Made by a program: the position numbers and the translations under genes
In this document: piece by piece, positions 42,866 through 54,703 of the stretch
How positions within the stretch are numbered: the first letter of the stretch is position 1
How the letters are laid out: the number at the start of each line of letters is the position of its first letter
From: an uncultured Planctomycetales bacterium
GTDB taxonomy: Bacteria; Planctomycetota; Planctomycetia; Isosphaerales; Isosphaeraceae
Assembly: GCA_963752755.1 (NCBI GenBank)
Contig: CAVVZJ010000014.1
Location: 482,997-546,996 of the forward strand
Direction of reading: 5' to 3'
Length of the DNA: 64,000 bases
Notes under the pieces: generated by a model
Seen by the model: only the letters and a program-made list of their open reading frames with translations
Told to the model about the DNA's origin: nothing
The model's database searches: none

Positions 42866-45049
42866 ATGGCCGGCGTCCGCTTGATCTTCACGCTGCACAA
42901 CCATCAGCCTGTGGGCAACTTCGAGGGCGTCTTCGAGGCCGCGTACCGGGAGAGCTACCGGCCGTTCCTCGACGTGATGGAAGACTACCCCGACCTGCCC
43001 TTCGTGCTGCACACCTCCGGCCCCTTGATGGAATGGCTCGTCGCGACCAAGCCCGACTACATCAGCCGCCTCCGCGCCATGGTCGAGGCCGGCCGGGTCG
43101 AGATCCTGGGTGGTCCGTTCCAGGAACCGATCCTCACGATGATCCCCCACCGCGACCGTGTCGGCCAGATCCGCGCCTACTCGGCTTATCTCGAACGCCT
43201 GTTCGGCCAGCAGGTCCGCGGCGTCTGGTTGCCCGAGCGGGTCTGGGAGCAGCATCTCACCGCAGCACTGGCTGAGGCCGGGATCGAATACACAGTCCTC
43301 GACGACTTCCACTTCCAGCGTGCCGGCTTGCCCGACTCGGCTCTTTTTGGCTACTACCTCACCGAGGACGACGGCCAGCTCCTCAAGGTCTTCCCCAACT
43401 CGGAGCGGATGCGCTACCTCGTCCCCTGGCGCGAGCCACACGAGTCGTTCGAGTACCTCCGCGAGCTGGCCCACACCCACCTCGGCGCCGTCGTCGTCTG
43501 CGCCGACGACGGCGAGAAGTTTGGCGCCTGGCCCAACACCCACGAGCACGTCTTCGAAAAGCGCTGGCTCCGCCATTTCTGCGACATGCTCAGCGCCAAC
43601 CGCGAATGGATCGAGACGACCACCTTCGCCCGCGCCATCCGCGAAACCCTCCCGCTCGGCAAGGTTTATCTCCCCGACTCGTCCTACCGCGAGATGACCG
43701 AGTGGGTCCTCCCGGCCGACCTCTTCCTCCGATACCAGGCGGCCTTGAAGGTCTCGGAAGGGCACTCGGAATCCGAGCGGCTCCGGCCGTTCGTCCGCGC
43801 CGGCGGCTTCTGGCGAAACTTCAAGGCCAAGTATGCCGAGAGCGACGAGATGTACTCCCGGATGCTCGGTCTCTCCAACCGTCTCGCCGACCTCGGCCGC
43901 CGTGAGGGCATCGATGGCGCGGGGCTCGAACGGGCTCGCCAGGAGCTTTACCGCGGTCAGTGCAATTGCCCCTACTGGCACGGCGCCTTCGGCGGTCTCT
44001 ACCTGCCCCACCTCCGCAACGCGATCTACCGCCACCTCCTTGCCGCCCACGACGCGCTCGACGCCGCCGAGCACAAGTCCGGACCCCGCGTCGAGATCGA
44101 GGCCGGCGATTTCAACCTGGACGCTCGCCAGGAAGTCCGACTGGAGAATGACCAGCTGGTTGCCTTCGTTCGCCCGGCTCTCGGCGGTCACCTGTACGAG
44201 CTGGATGCCCGCCGCGCCGGGGTTAACCTCCTGGCGACCCTCGACCGCCGCCCCGAGCCCTACCACGGCACGATCGCTGCCGCCGCTCGCGGTGAGGCGA
44301 CCGATGACCACCGGCCGGCCGTCACCGAGGCCTTGATCTTCAAACAAGAAGGGCTCGACCGCCTCCTTGTTTACGACCGGACCCCTCGCAAGGCCCTTGT
44401 CGATCACTTCCTCGCTCCGGAAGCGACCCTCGACGACCTCGCTGCCTGCCGAGATGTCGAGCGTGGTGACTTCGCCGCCGGGACGTACCTCTCCCGCATC
44501 AGCCGTTCCCCGGATGCTGTCACCCTCACGATGGAGCGTCCCGGTCTCGCCGAAGGCCACCCAATCCGCCTCCGCAAGACGCTCCGCCTTGCCGCCGGCT
44601 CGCCCGAACTGGAAGTCACCTACGACCTCGAAGACCTTCCCCGCGACACGGAGCTACACTTCGCCGTCGAGCTGAACCTCGCGGGCATGGCCGGCCACGC
44701 CCCCGACCGTTACCTGACCGCCGACGACAACCGCCTCGGTCCTCTCGACAGCCGCCTCGACCTGCCTTCCACCTCTCACCTCGACCTGACGGACGAGTGG
44801 CTCGACCTCCGCGTCGCCCTCCAGTGGTCGCGACCAGCCGCGGTCTGGTCGTTCCCGGTCGAGACGGTCAGCCAAAGTGAGGGTGGATTCGAGGGCGTCT
44901 ATCAGAGCACGGCAATCTTTCCCCGATGGACCGTCCGCCCCGACGATTCCGGCCGCTGGTCCGTCCGCCTCTGCCTGGCCCTCTCTCTCGCCGCCTATCC
45001 TTCATCGGCCCCATCCCGCGAACCCGGCCGACTCGGTGCGCCAGCATGA
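42866..45049 (+). CDS. Glycoside hydrolase family 57 alpha-glucan enzyme (4-alpha-glucanotransferase/amylase-type) with C-terminal DUF1925/1926-like region.
   Basis: MAGVRLIFTLHNHQPVGNF… …HTSGPLMEWL… …ADDGEKFGAWP… are hallmark GH57 motifs. Intact 727 aa. Confidence 0.8.
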   Translation: MAGVRLIFTLHNHQPVGNFEGVFEAAYRESYRPFLDVMEDYPDLPFVLHTSGPLMEWLVATKPDYISRLRAMVEAGRVEILGGPFQEPILTMIPHRDRVGQIRAYSAYLERLFGQQVRGVWLPERVWEQHLTAALAEAGIEYTVLDDFHFQRAGLPDSALFGYYLTEDDGQLLKVFPNSERMRYLVPWREPHESFEYLRELAHTHLGAVVVCADDGEKFGAWPNTHEHVFEKRWLRHFCDMLSANREWIETTTFARAIRETLPLGKVYLPDSSYREMTEWVLPADLFLRYQAALKVSEGHSESERLRPFVRAGGFWRNFKAKYAESDEMYSRMLGLSNRLADLGRREGIDGAGLERARQELYRGQCNCPYWHGAFGGLYLPHLRNAIYRHLLAAHDALDAAEHKSGPRVEIEAGDFNLDARQEVRLENDQLVAFVRPALGGHLYELDARRAGVNLLATLDRRPEPYHGTIAAAARGEATDDHRPAVTEALIFKQEGLDRLLVYDRTPRKALVDHFLAPEATLDDLAACRDVERGDFAAGTYLSRISRSPDAVTLTMERPGLAEGHPIRLRKTLRLAAGSPELEVTYDLEDLPRDTELHFAVELNLAGMAGHAPDRYLTADDNRLGPLDSRLDLPSTSHLDLTDEWLDLRVALQWSRPAAVWSFPVETVSQSEGGFEGVYQSTAIFPRWTVRPDDSGRWSVRLCLALSLAAYPSSAPSREPGRLGAPA

Positions 45050-45083
45050 ATTGCTACCCTTTCGTAATGCGCTGATTTCCATC

Positions 45084-45238
45084 GGAGTGACGCCGTTGGC
45101 GTCACCGGGCGGAGTAGGCCCGACTTCAGTCGGGCCGGATATTCCTGGCTTTCCTGGACTTCCGGCCCAACTGAAGTCGGACCTACGGCTTCCGGCATCG
45201 GCCAAGGCTCGGGCGAAAGGGCCAACGGCGTCACTCCT
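45084..45238. repeat. Nested inverted-repeat element (~155 bp): two 8-bp perfect hairpins plus their inverted copies (A-B…B'-A').
   Basis: A ggagtgacgccgttggcgtcacc (45084). B ggcccgacttcagtcgggcc (45117). B' ggcccaactgaagtcggacc (45164, ≈ revcomp B). A' ggccaacggcgtcactcc (45221, ≈ revcomp A). Confidence 0.55.
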
Positions 45239-45264
45239 ATTCCATTCACTCGGGAATCCGGTCA

Positions 45265-46197
45265 TTGAAAGTCTGGGGTTTTCGACGCCGCCACCCACCC
45301 CCCGCTCCGACCGTGGACGCCGCCGCCCTGGTGCGGAAGGCCCGACGTCTGCGCTTCCGCGTCAAGCCCGACGCCGTCGCCGCCCTTGCCGGCGCCTACC
45401 TCGGCGCCCGTCCGGGCACGGGCCTCACCTTCGCGGAGCTTCGGGCTTATGAGCCGGGCGACGACGTGCGGCATCTCGACTGGAACGTCACCGCCCGGCA
45501 GGGTCGGCCCTATGTCCGCCGGTTCATCGAGGAGCGGGCACTGTCACTCTGGCTGATCATGGATGTCTCCGCCAGCATGCGTTTTGGGCCCGATGGCCGG
45601 ACCAAGGCCGACCGCGCCGCCCAGGCCGCTGCCTTGCTCGCCTCCGCCGCGGTCCAGAATGGCGACCTGGCCGGCCTGGCGCTGGTCAGCGACCGCCTCG
45701 AATGCGAGGTCCTGCCCGGCGGGGGTATCCGCCATCTGGCCCGCCTCCTCCGCAATCTCATCGCCACCCCGGCCAGTTCCCGACGGACCGACCTCACCGC
45801 CGGCCTCCCCCGACTTGGTCGTGCCACCCGCCGGGCGCTGGTGATCGTCCTCAGTGACTTCCTCGACCCCGGTCCCGTCGCCGTCTGGCGTGCCCTGGCA
45901 CGCCGCCACGAGGTCGTGGCCCTCCGCCTGGTCGAACCTCGCGAGGAAGCCCTGCCCGCCGCCGGCCTGGTCGCCGTCGAGGAGGCCGAGACCGGGCGCC
46001 GTCGCGTCATCGACGCGGGCTCGAAGCGCGTCCGTGACGCCTACGCCGCCGCCGCCCGCGATCGTCAAGACGCCTTCCGGAGCTGGTGCGCCGAGGCCGG
46101 CTTGACCGGCCATGACCTCTCCACGGCCGACGATCCCATTGCCCCCCTCCTCCGCTTCTTCCGCGGCCGCGCCGCCCGCCGAGGTGGTCGCGCTTGA
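45265..46197 (+). CDS. DUF58 domain protein (vWA-like, usually partnered with a MoxR AAA+ ATPase).
   Basis: …GLTFAELRAYEPGDDVRHLDWNVTARQGRPYVRRFIEERALSLWLIMDVSASM… is the DUF58 core signature. Confidence 0.7.
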   Translation: MKVWGFRRRHPPPAPTVDAAALVRKARRLRFRVKPDAVAALAGAYLGARPGTGLTFAELRAYEPGDDVRHLDWNVTARQGRPYVRRFIEERALSLWLIMDVSASMRFGPDGRTKADRAAQAAALLASAAVQNGDLAGLALVSDRLECEVLPGGGIRHLARLLRNLIATPASSRRTDLTAGLPRLGRATRRALVIVLSDFLDPGPVAVWRALARRHEVVALRLVEPREEALPAAGLVAVEEAETGRRRVIDAGSKRVRDAYAAAARDRQDAFRSWCAEAGLTGHDLSTADDPIAPLLRFFRGRAARRGGRA

Positions 46198-46310
46198 GCC
46201 TTGCCGATGACGCCCGGATCTCGAGAATCACGAGCAGGACGACTGGGCCCGCTCGCTCGGGCACCAGCCGTCCCGACTGGCCGACGCGACACGTTTTCAA
46301 CCCGATGAAA

Positions 46311-47540
46311 TCAGACGCTCCAATGGGCGACCTGCCCCGCTCGCAAGGCCCGGTTCGCCAGGTGAGCCGCCGAGGCGGCACTGACGCCGGCCTCCGCGGG
46401 GGCGTTGGGGCGGTTGCGGCTGCGGACGCATTCGATCCAGTTGCTCAGGTGGAGCCACTCGCCGTCGGGCTTGTCGTAGAAGTCGGCCCCACGTTTGCCG
46501 CTGCCCAGAACGAACTCCTCGGACTCGCCCCGACCGCGCTCGGGGTGGATCTCGTAGCGACCGCGGTCGAGGTAGAGTGTGGCATCAGTCCCCATGAACT
46601 CGAGCATGGCACCGTTGCGGGCGTTGGAGAAGGTGCCCTCGAAGTAGACCTGCACACCCTTCTCGGGATAGGTCAACAGAGTTTGCACGGTGTCGGGCGT
46701 CTGCCAGAGCCCTTCGCTGGTGAAGTGATCGCCGATCGAGGTCGCGGTCCTCGGATGGTCGAGGTCCAGAAACCAGTGGGCGACGTCGACGTAGTGAACC
46801 ATCAGATCCGTGAACAGTCCGCCGCCGAAGTCCCAGAACCATCGCCAGTTCCCGATGAGCTTGTAATCGTCGAACGGCTGGTCCGGGGCATTGCCGAGGA
46901 ACGCCTGCCAGTCGACGAGTTTCGGATCGATTCGGCGGTCGGGACGCCGGGCGCGGTCCTGGTTGCGGTTCCAGGTGAGGTGAACCTTGTGGACTGTGCC
47001 CAGTCTTCCCGAGCGGAGAATCTCCAAAGCCTTCTGGAACTGCGGCATGCTCCGCTGCTGCATGCCGACCTGAACCACCCGCTTGTTGCGGTTCTGCGCC
47101 TCGATGACGGGCCGCCCCTCTTCGAGTGAGTGCGTCAGCGGTTTCTCGACATAAACATCCTTACCAGCGTTGCAGGCATCCACCGTCATTGGAACGTGCC
47201 AGTGATCGGGGGTGGCGATGAGCACGGCGTCGATATCGTCACGGTCGAGAATCTCCTGGTAGCATCGGGTCGCGAACGCCTTCTCGTCAGCGAGCTTCTT
47301 GCCGGCCTCGAGGTGAACCGCGTAGATGTCGCAGACCGCGGCGATCCGGACGTCGGGCACCTTCACGAGTGATTGGACGAGATGTCGGCAACGGCCACCG
47401 ACCCCGATCAGGCCGATGTTGAGTGCCTCGTTCGCCCCCCGCGCCTGGAACGCGGGGGCACCGAACGCGGTCAGGCCCGCCGCAGCCACGGCGGAGGTAT
47501 TGAGGAATTGGCGTCGGGAAGGATGGCGTGCGGGTGTCAT
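46311..47540 (-). CDS. Gfo/Idh/MocA-family oxidoreductase with twin-arginine signal.
   Basis: MTPARHPSRRQFLNTSAVAAAGLTAFGAPAF… …LNIGLIGVGGRCRH… …VYVEKPL… Rossmann NAD(P)-binding N-terminus. Confidence 0.8.
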   Translation of the reverse strand: MTPARHPSRRQFLNTSAVAAAGLTAFGAPAFQARGANEALNIGLIGVGGRCRHLVQSLVKVPDVRIAAVCDIYAVHLEAGKKLADEKAFATRCYQEILDRDDIDAVLIATPDHWHVPMTVDACNAGKDVYVEKPLTHSLEEGRPVIEAQNRNKRVVQVGMQQRSMPQFQKALEILRSGRLGTVHKVHLTWNRNQDRARRPDRRIDPKLVDWQAFLGNAPDQPFDDYKLIGNWRWFWDFGGGLFTDLMVHYVDVAHWFLDLDHPRTATSIGDHFTSEGLWQTPDTVQTLLTYPEKGVQVYFEGTFSNARNGAMLEFMGTDATLYLDRGRYEIHPERGRGESEEFVLGSGKRGADFYDKPDGEWLHLSNWIECVRSRNRPNAPAEAGVSAASAAHLANRALRAGQVAHWSV

Positions 47541-47752
47541 TATCGATGCCCTCGAGTCGGGTGATCACACGGATTTGCTTGCGCCAGGAGCCCCATTGTC
47601 GTGAACCTAACACGACGACTCGTCCCCCGCAATCGAGTCAGCCGGCGGTGACGGGGAGGAGGGCATCGAACGACCGGTGCCGACTCGTTAGACTGGGCCG
47701 GGTCGGCGGGCTCGGCCTGGCGCGGAATGATCCCACACGAGGGAGTGAAATT

Positions 47753-48920
47753 ATGAGTGAACGATCACCGCGAGCTTTCGGAATCCTGGTGGCATTCGCC
47801 GTCGGCCTCGCCTTGGCGGCAGGAGTCGTGAGGGCGGAGGACCAGGAGTCTGGCTCCCAACTTCACCGACGACTCTACGTCGCCGTGCCGGGCATCCGCA
47901 ATTACCTGGAGTACGGCGGACATGGCTTGCTCGTCTTCGACATCGACGATGGCCACCGATTCCTCAGGCGGATCAAGACCGCCGGGCTTGCTGCCAATGG
48001 CAAGCCCCTGAACGTCAAGGGGATCTGCGCCAGCGCCGAGACCGGCCGGCTCTACATCAGCACGATCCGCCAGATCATGTGTCTCGACCTCGTGAGTGAA
48101 GAACTCCTCTGGGAGAAGACCTACGAATCCGGCTGCGATCGCCTGGCGATCTCGCCCGACGGCAAGATCCTGTACGTCGCCTTCCTTCGAAGGGCCGACA
48201 TGGAATGTCGTCGATGCCCGCGATGGCTCCTTGATCGCGACCATCGAGCCAGACTCTGGCGCCCATAACACGATCTTCGGTCCCAACGGCCGCGAGGTGT
48301 ACCTGGCGGGGCTGAAGTCGCCGCTGTTGACCATCGCGAGCACCGACGGCCACAAGATCGTCCGCACAGTCGGCCCCTTTGCGGCCAGCATCCGGCCGTT
48401 CACGATCAACGGGGCCCAGACGAAGGTTTACGTCACCATCAATGAACTCCTCGGCTTCGAGGTCGGCGACCTGAAGACCGGAGAAAAGCTGCATCGGGTC
48501 GAGGTCTTCGGCTTCGCGAAGGGTCCGGTCAAGCGCCACGGCTGCCCGAGCCACGGCATCGGCCTGACCCCCGATGAACGGGAGATCTGGGTGACCGACG
48601 CCCACAACCGTCGCATGCACCTCTTCGACGCCACCGTGATGCCGCCGAAGCAATTCACCAGCATCGAGCTGAAGGACGAGCCCGGCTGGATCACGTTCAC
48701 CATCGACGGCCAGTATGCCTATCCCTCAACGGGCGATGTGATCGACGTGAAGACGCGCAAGATCGTCACCGAATTGAGGGATGAACAGGGCCAGCCCGTG
48801 CAGAGTGAGAAGATGGTCGAGGTCGATTTCCGCGGCCAACGCCCCGCGCGAGTGGGCGATCAGTTCGGCATCGGACGGGTGGGCATCAAGGCGACGGCTG
48901 GGGCGAGCGGCGGGCGTTGA
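47753..48920 (+). CDS. Secreted beta-propeller protein (YncE/lactonase-like 7-bladed propeller). Frameshift near ~48185.
   Basis: Signal MSERSPRAFGILVAFAVGLALAAGVVRA. Repeated …DGKILYV… / …DEREIWVTD… blades across ORFs 47528..48268 and 48096..48920. Confidence 0.6.
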
Positions 48921-48942
48921 GACGTGCCGCGATCAAGGCCCG

Positions 48943-49984
48943 ACGATCTCCTGGAGGGCGGCGATCAGGCGGTCGATCTCCTCGTCCGTGCCGACCGTGA
49001 TCCGCAGGCCCTCCGGTCGGCCGGGGTAGCGCATCAGGCGGACAAGGATCTTTTGCGTCCTTCGAGCGCCTCGTAAACACGGGCCGCGGGCGGGCCGCCC
49101 TCGCACCAGACGAAGTTGGCCTGGCTTTCAGGCACCGAGTAACCCAGCATCCGGGCGGCCTCTGTCAACCGCTGGCGCGTCGTCAAGATCTTCTGACGCG
49201 TCTCGGCGAGGTAAGCCCGATCTTCGAGGGCCGCGGCACCACCGACGAGGCTCAGGCGATCGCAGTTATAAGAATCTTTGACCTTGTTCAGACCATCCAC
49301 GACCTCCGGCCTCGCGACGAGGTAGCCCACGCGGAGGCCGGCCAGGCCGTAGCCCTTGCTCAAGGTGCGGGTGACGATCACATTCTCGAAGCGCTTGACC
49401 AGGTCGATGGCGGTTGTCTCCGCGAAATCGACATACGCTTCATCGACGACAAGCGGGCAGGTCAGCCGTTCGGCCAGGGTGGCAATCTCGTCAGGGGTCA
49501 ACGCCGTGCCGGATGGGCTGTTCGGATTGGCGAGGAAAGCGAGGCGTGCCCCGGTCTGGGCAAACGCGGCGGGGTCGAGTCGCCAGGAGGCATCGAACGG
49601 AACCTCGACGGCGAGGGCGTCTTGCAACTCCGCGAGCGTGCGATAGAGGACGTAACTCGGCGTCGGGTAGACGACGACCTGACCGGGACCGACGAAGGCG
49701 CGGGTGAGGATCGTCAGGAGGTCGTCCGAGCCGTTACCTGCCAGGATCATCTCGGCGTCCACACCGTGCAAGGCCGCCGCCACACGACGGAGATGAGCCC
49801 CGGTCGGGTCGGGGTAGAGGCGCAGGCGATCGTCCAGCGCCTGCTGGATCGCCTCGGCAACCTTCGGCGACGGCGGGTAGGGGTTCTCATTCGTATTGAG
49901 CTTGATGTAGGCCCCGTCGCGCGGCTGCTCACCGGGAACATAGCCCTGCATCAATGCGATGTGCGACTGAAAAAAGCGGCTCAT
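48943..49984 (-). CDS. hisC: Histidinol-phosphate aminotransferase. C-terminal frameshift near ~49060.
   Basis: …YIKLNTNENPYPPSP… …TRTLSKGYGLAGLRVGYLVARPE… (PLP-lysine region). The last ~38 aa (…KILVRLMRYPGRPEGLRITVGTDEEIDRLIAALQEIVGP) are in the +2 frame. Confidence 0.75.
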
Positions 49985-50070
49985 GGAAAGCTCGGGCTCC
50001 GGTCAGGAGCAGGAGGGCCGACCCGGAAAACCAGGAGGACACGGGAGAAAGCCGGAGGTTCACGCCGCGG

Positions 50071-50568
50071 TCACGAATCCGCGCCCATCCCCCGACGTGC
50101 GAGTTGATCGAGCGCGTCCTCATCGAGACGGTAGGTCGTCCATTCGTCCATCGGCCGGGCACCGAGGGATTGGTAGAAGGCGATTGAGGGGGCGTTCCAG
50201 TTGAGAACGGCCCACTCCAGCCGACCGCAACCACGTTCGATCGCGAATGCCGCCAGCCGAGCCAGCAGGGCCTTGCCGATCCCCCGGCCGCGATGAGCGG
50301 GCCGGACGAACAGGTCTTCGAGGTACAGTCCCGGCTGGCCGCGGAAGGTGGAGAAGTTGTGGAAGAACAGGGCGAACCCGGCCGATTCGCCATGGTCCTC
50401 GGCGATCAAGGCTTCGGCGAACGGACGTGGGCCGAAGAGGTGTTCACGGAAGGCCGCGGCTGTGGCGAGCGCGTGATGCTCCAGCTTCTCGTACTCGGCC
50501 AGCTCACGGACCAGGTTCACGAGAGTCTCAGCATCGTCGGGGCCGGCGGGACGGATCACGAAGCTCAT
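50071..50568 (-). CDS. GNAT-family N-acetyltransferase.
   Basis: …LFVRPAHRGRGIGKALLARL… acetyl-CoA-binding motif A (R/Q-x-x-G-x-G/A). Confidence 0.75.
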   Translation of the reverse strand: MSFVIRPAGPDDAETLVNLVRELAEYEKLEHHALATAAAFREHLFGPRPFAEALIAEDHGESAGFALFFHNFSTFRGQPGLYLEDLFVRPAHRGRGIGKALLARLAAFAIERGCGRLEWAVLNWNAPSIAFYQSLGARPMDEWTTYRLDEDALDQLARRGMGADS

Positions 50569-50639
50569 GAGAGAAGGATTCCGGAGACGAGGCCGCGTGA
50601 ACTGACGGACGACGACCGGGAACGAATGACAGTGGTGCC

Positions 50640-52102
<1,463 letters not shown>

Positions 52103-52710
52103 TCTAGACCCCAGGGCAAGCGGCCGCATCCGATCCCTGAGGCTACCGGCCCCGGATGCCTCGGTCAACTTCCCGGGACAGCCCTGCCGGAGGATTGCCG
52201 AGTCTCGATTTCGAAGCCCCCAGGAACTTCGGCGCCTCAGGAAGCCGACGCCCCGGATGGTCGGTTCGGACTCGGATCGGGAGTTCGGCAGGCACACCCA
52301 GGACCCGGTGTACGGCCGTCCGGGTCGCATCGCGGAGTGCGTCGCGGCTGGTAAGGAATCAGTGGGGTTCGTGACGAATCAGGACGCCGGAGGCAGACAC
52401 GTCGAGGTTGACCCACAGTTCAATCAACATGATCTCGGCAAACGATGTCACCTCAGTGTCGAAGATCCAGCGGCGGGCGCAGTTCGTCAATCTGGGAGAA
52501 GGCGTCGAACAACGAAGGAGACGGGAGCGGCCATGCGTGTCCAAGCCTCGAAGGATGGCGAATCTCGGGGTGAGGCCGTACCTCGGCGACGGCGAAGGGA
52601 CTTTGCAATCCTCCCGGCCGCGCGCTTGGAGTCGGAGCATGGTGTCGGTAGAATGTGGCGGTCCGGGAAGTCCCGCAAGCGATTCGCGAATTCCTTTGAG
52701 ATACTTTGAA

Positions 52711-53760
<1,050 letters not shown>

Positions 53761-53788
53761 AACGAGCCAACCGGCCGGGGTCGGACGG

Positions 53789-54489
53789 ATGCAGATCGAG
53801 CCGCTGCACGGCTGGGACCTCGACGCCGCCTCCGCGCGAGCCTTCCAGCGCAAGCTGGCACCCAGGTCGTCACGGACCAGCCCCTCGGAAACTTGGACGA
53901 CCGTCGCCGCGGCCGACGTCTCTTACGACCGGGGCGATGAGCAACTTTACGCAGCGGTCGTCGTCTGTCGATGCCGACACGCTCAAGCTGATCGAACGTT
54001 TCGGCGTGGCGGGCCCGTCCTCCTTCCCTTACGTTCCGGGACTGCTCTCGTTCCGCGAGGCGCCGGCACTCCTGAAGGCGTTCGAGGGGCTGACCAGCCG
54101 GCCCGACGTCGTGCTCTGCGACGGCCAGGGGATCGCCCACCCGCGACGCCTGGGCATGGCCTGCCACCTGGGACTCTGGCTTGACCTGCCCACCATCGGC
54201 TGCGCCAAGAGCCGCCTCTGCGGCCACTTCGACGAACCCGGCCCTGAGCGAGGCGACCGCAGCCCCCTGTATCGACCGGGGCGAGGTCGTCGGCTCGGTC
54301 GTGCGGACCCGCGAACGGGTCAAGCCGCTGTTCGTCTCGCCAGGCCACCGCTGCGACCTGGAGTCGGCCGTCGCGGTCGTCCTGGCGACGGCGCCGAAAT
54401 ATCGTCTCCCGGTGCCGAGCCGGATGGCACACGACTACGTCAACGAGATCCGCCGCGCCGCTCGAGAAGGTCGGACGTTTCCGAAATGA
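53789..54489 (+). CDS. nfi: Endonuclease V (deoxyinosine 3' endonuclease). Two frameshifts.
   Basis: [24 protein letters not shown]… …[20 protein letters not shown]… …[16 protein letters not shown]… …[33 protein letters not shown]… …[16 protein letters not shown]… across three frames. Confidence 0.65.
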
Positions 54490-54703
54490 TCCCGCCTGAC
54501 CGTCTGCGATGTGGGAGACGGTCACCGAAAAGCGAATTGGCGCCGGCAAAGAAAGTATAATTCACAATATTAGGCGGGTGCTGCTGGCAAAGAATGACCA
54601 CTTTGTCGCGCAGGCGGGTTATACTCTTTCCTGATCGACCGTCGTCGCCGCCGGGTCGAGGAGCCGAGCCCCGGCAGATCACGAGGCCACTACAGATGAT
54701 CCG

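Noticed and set aside
45265-46197. Expectation of a MoxR AAA+ ATPase next to the DUF58 gene
   Set aside because: No ATPase ORF exists on either flank (GH57 upstream, Gfo/Idh/MocA downstream), so a MoxR-DUF58 system cannot be called here.
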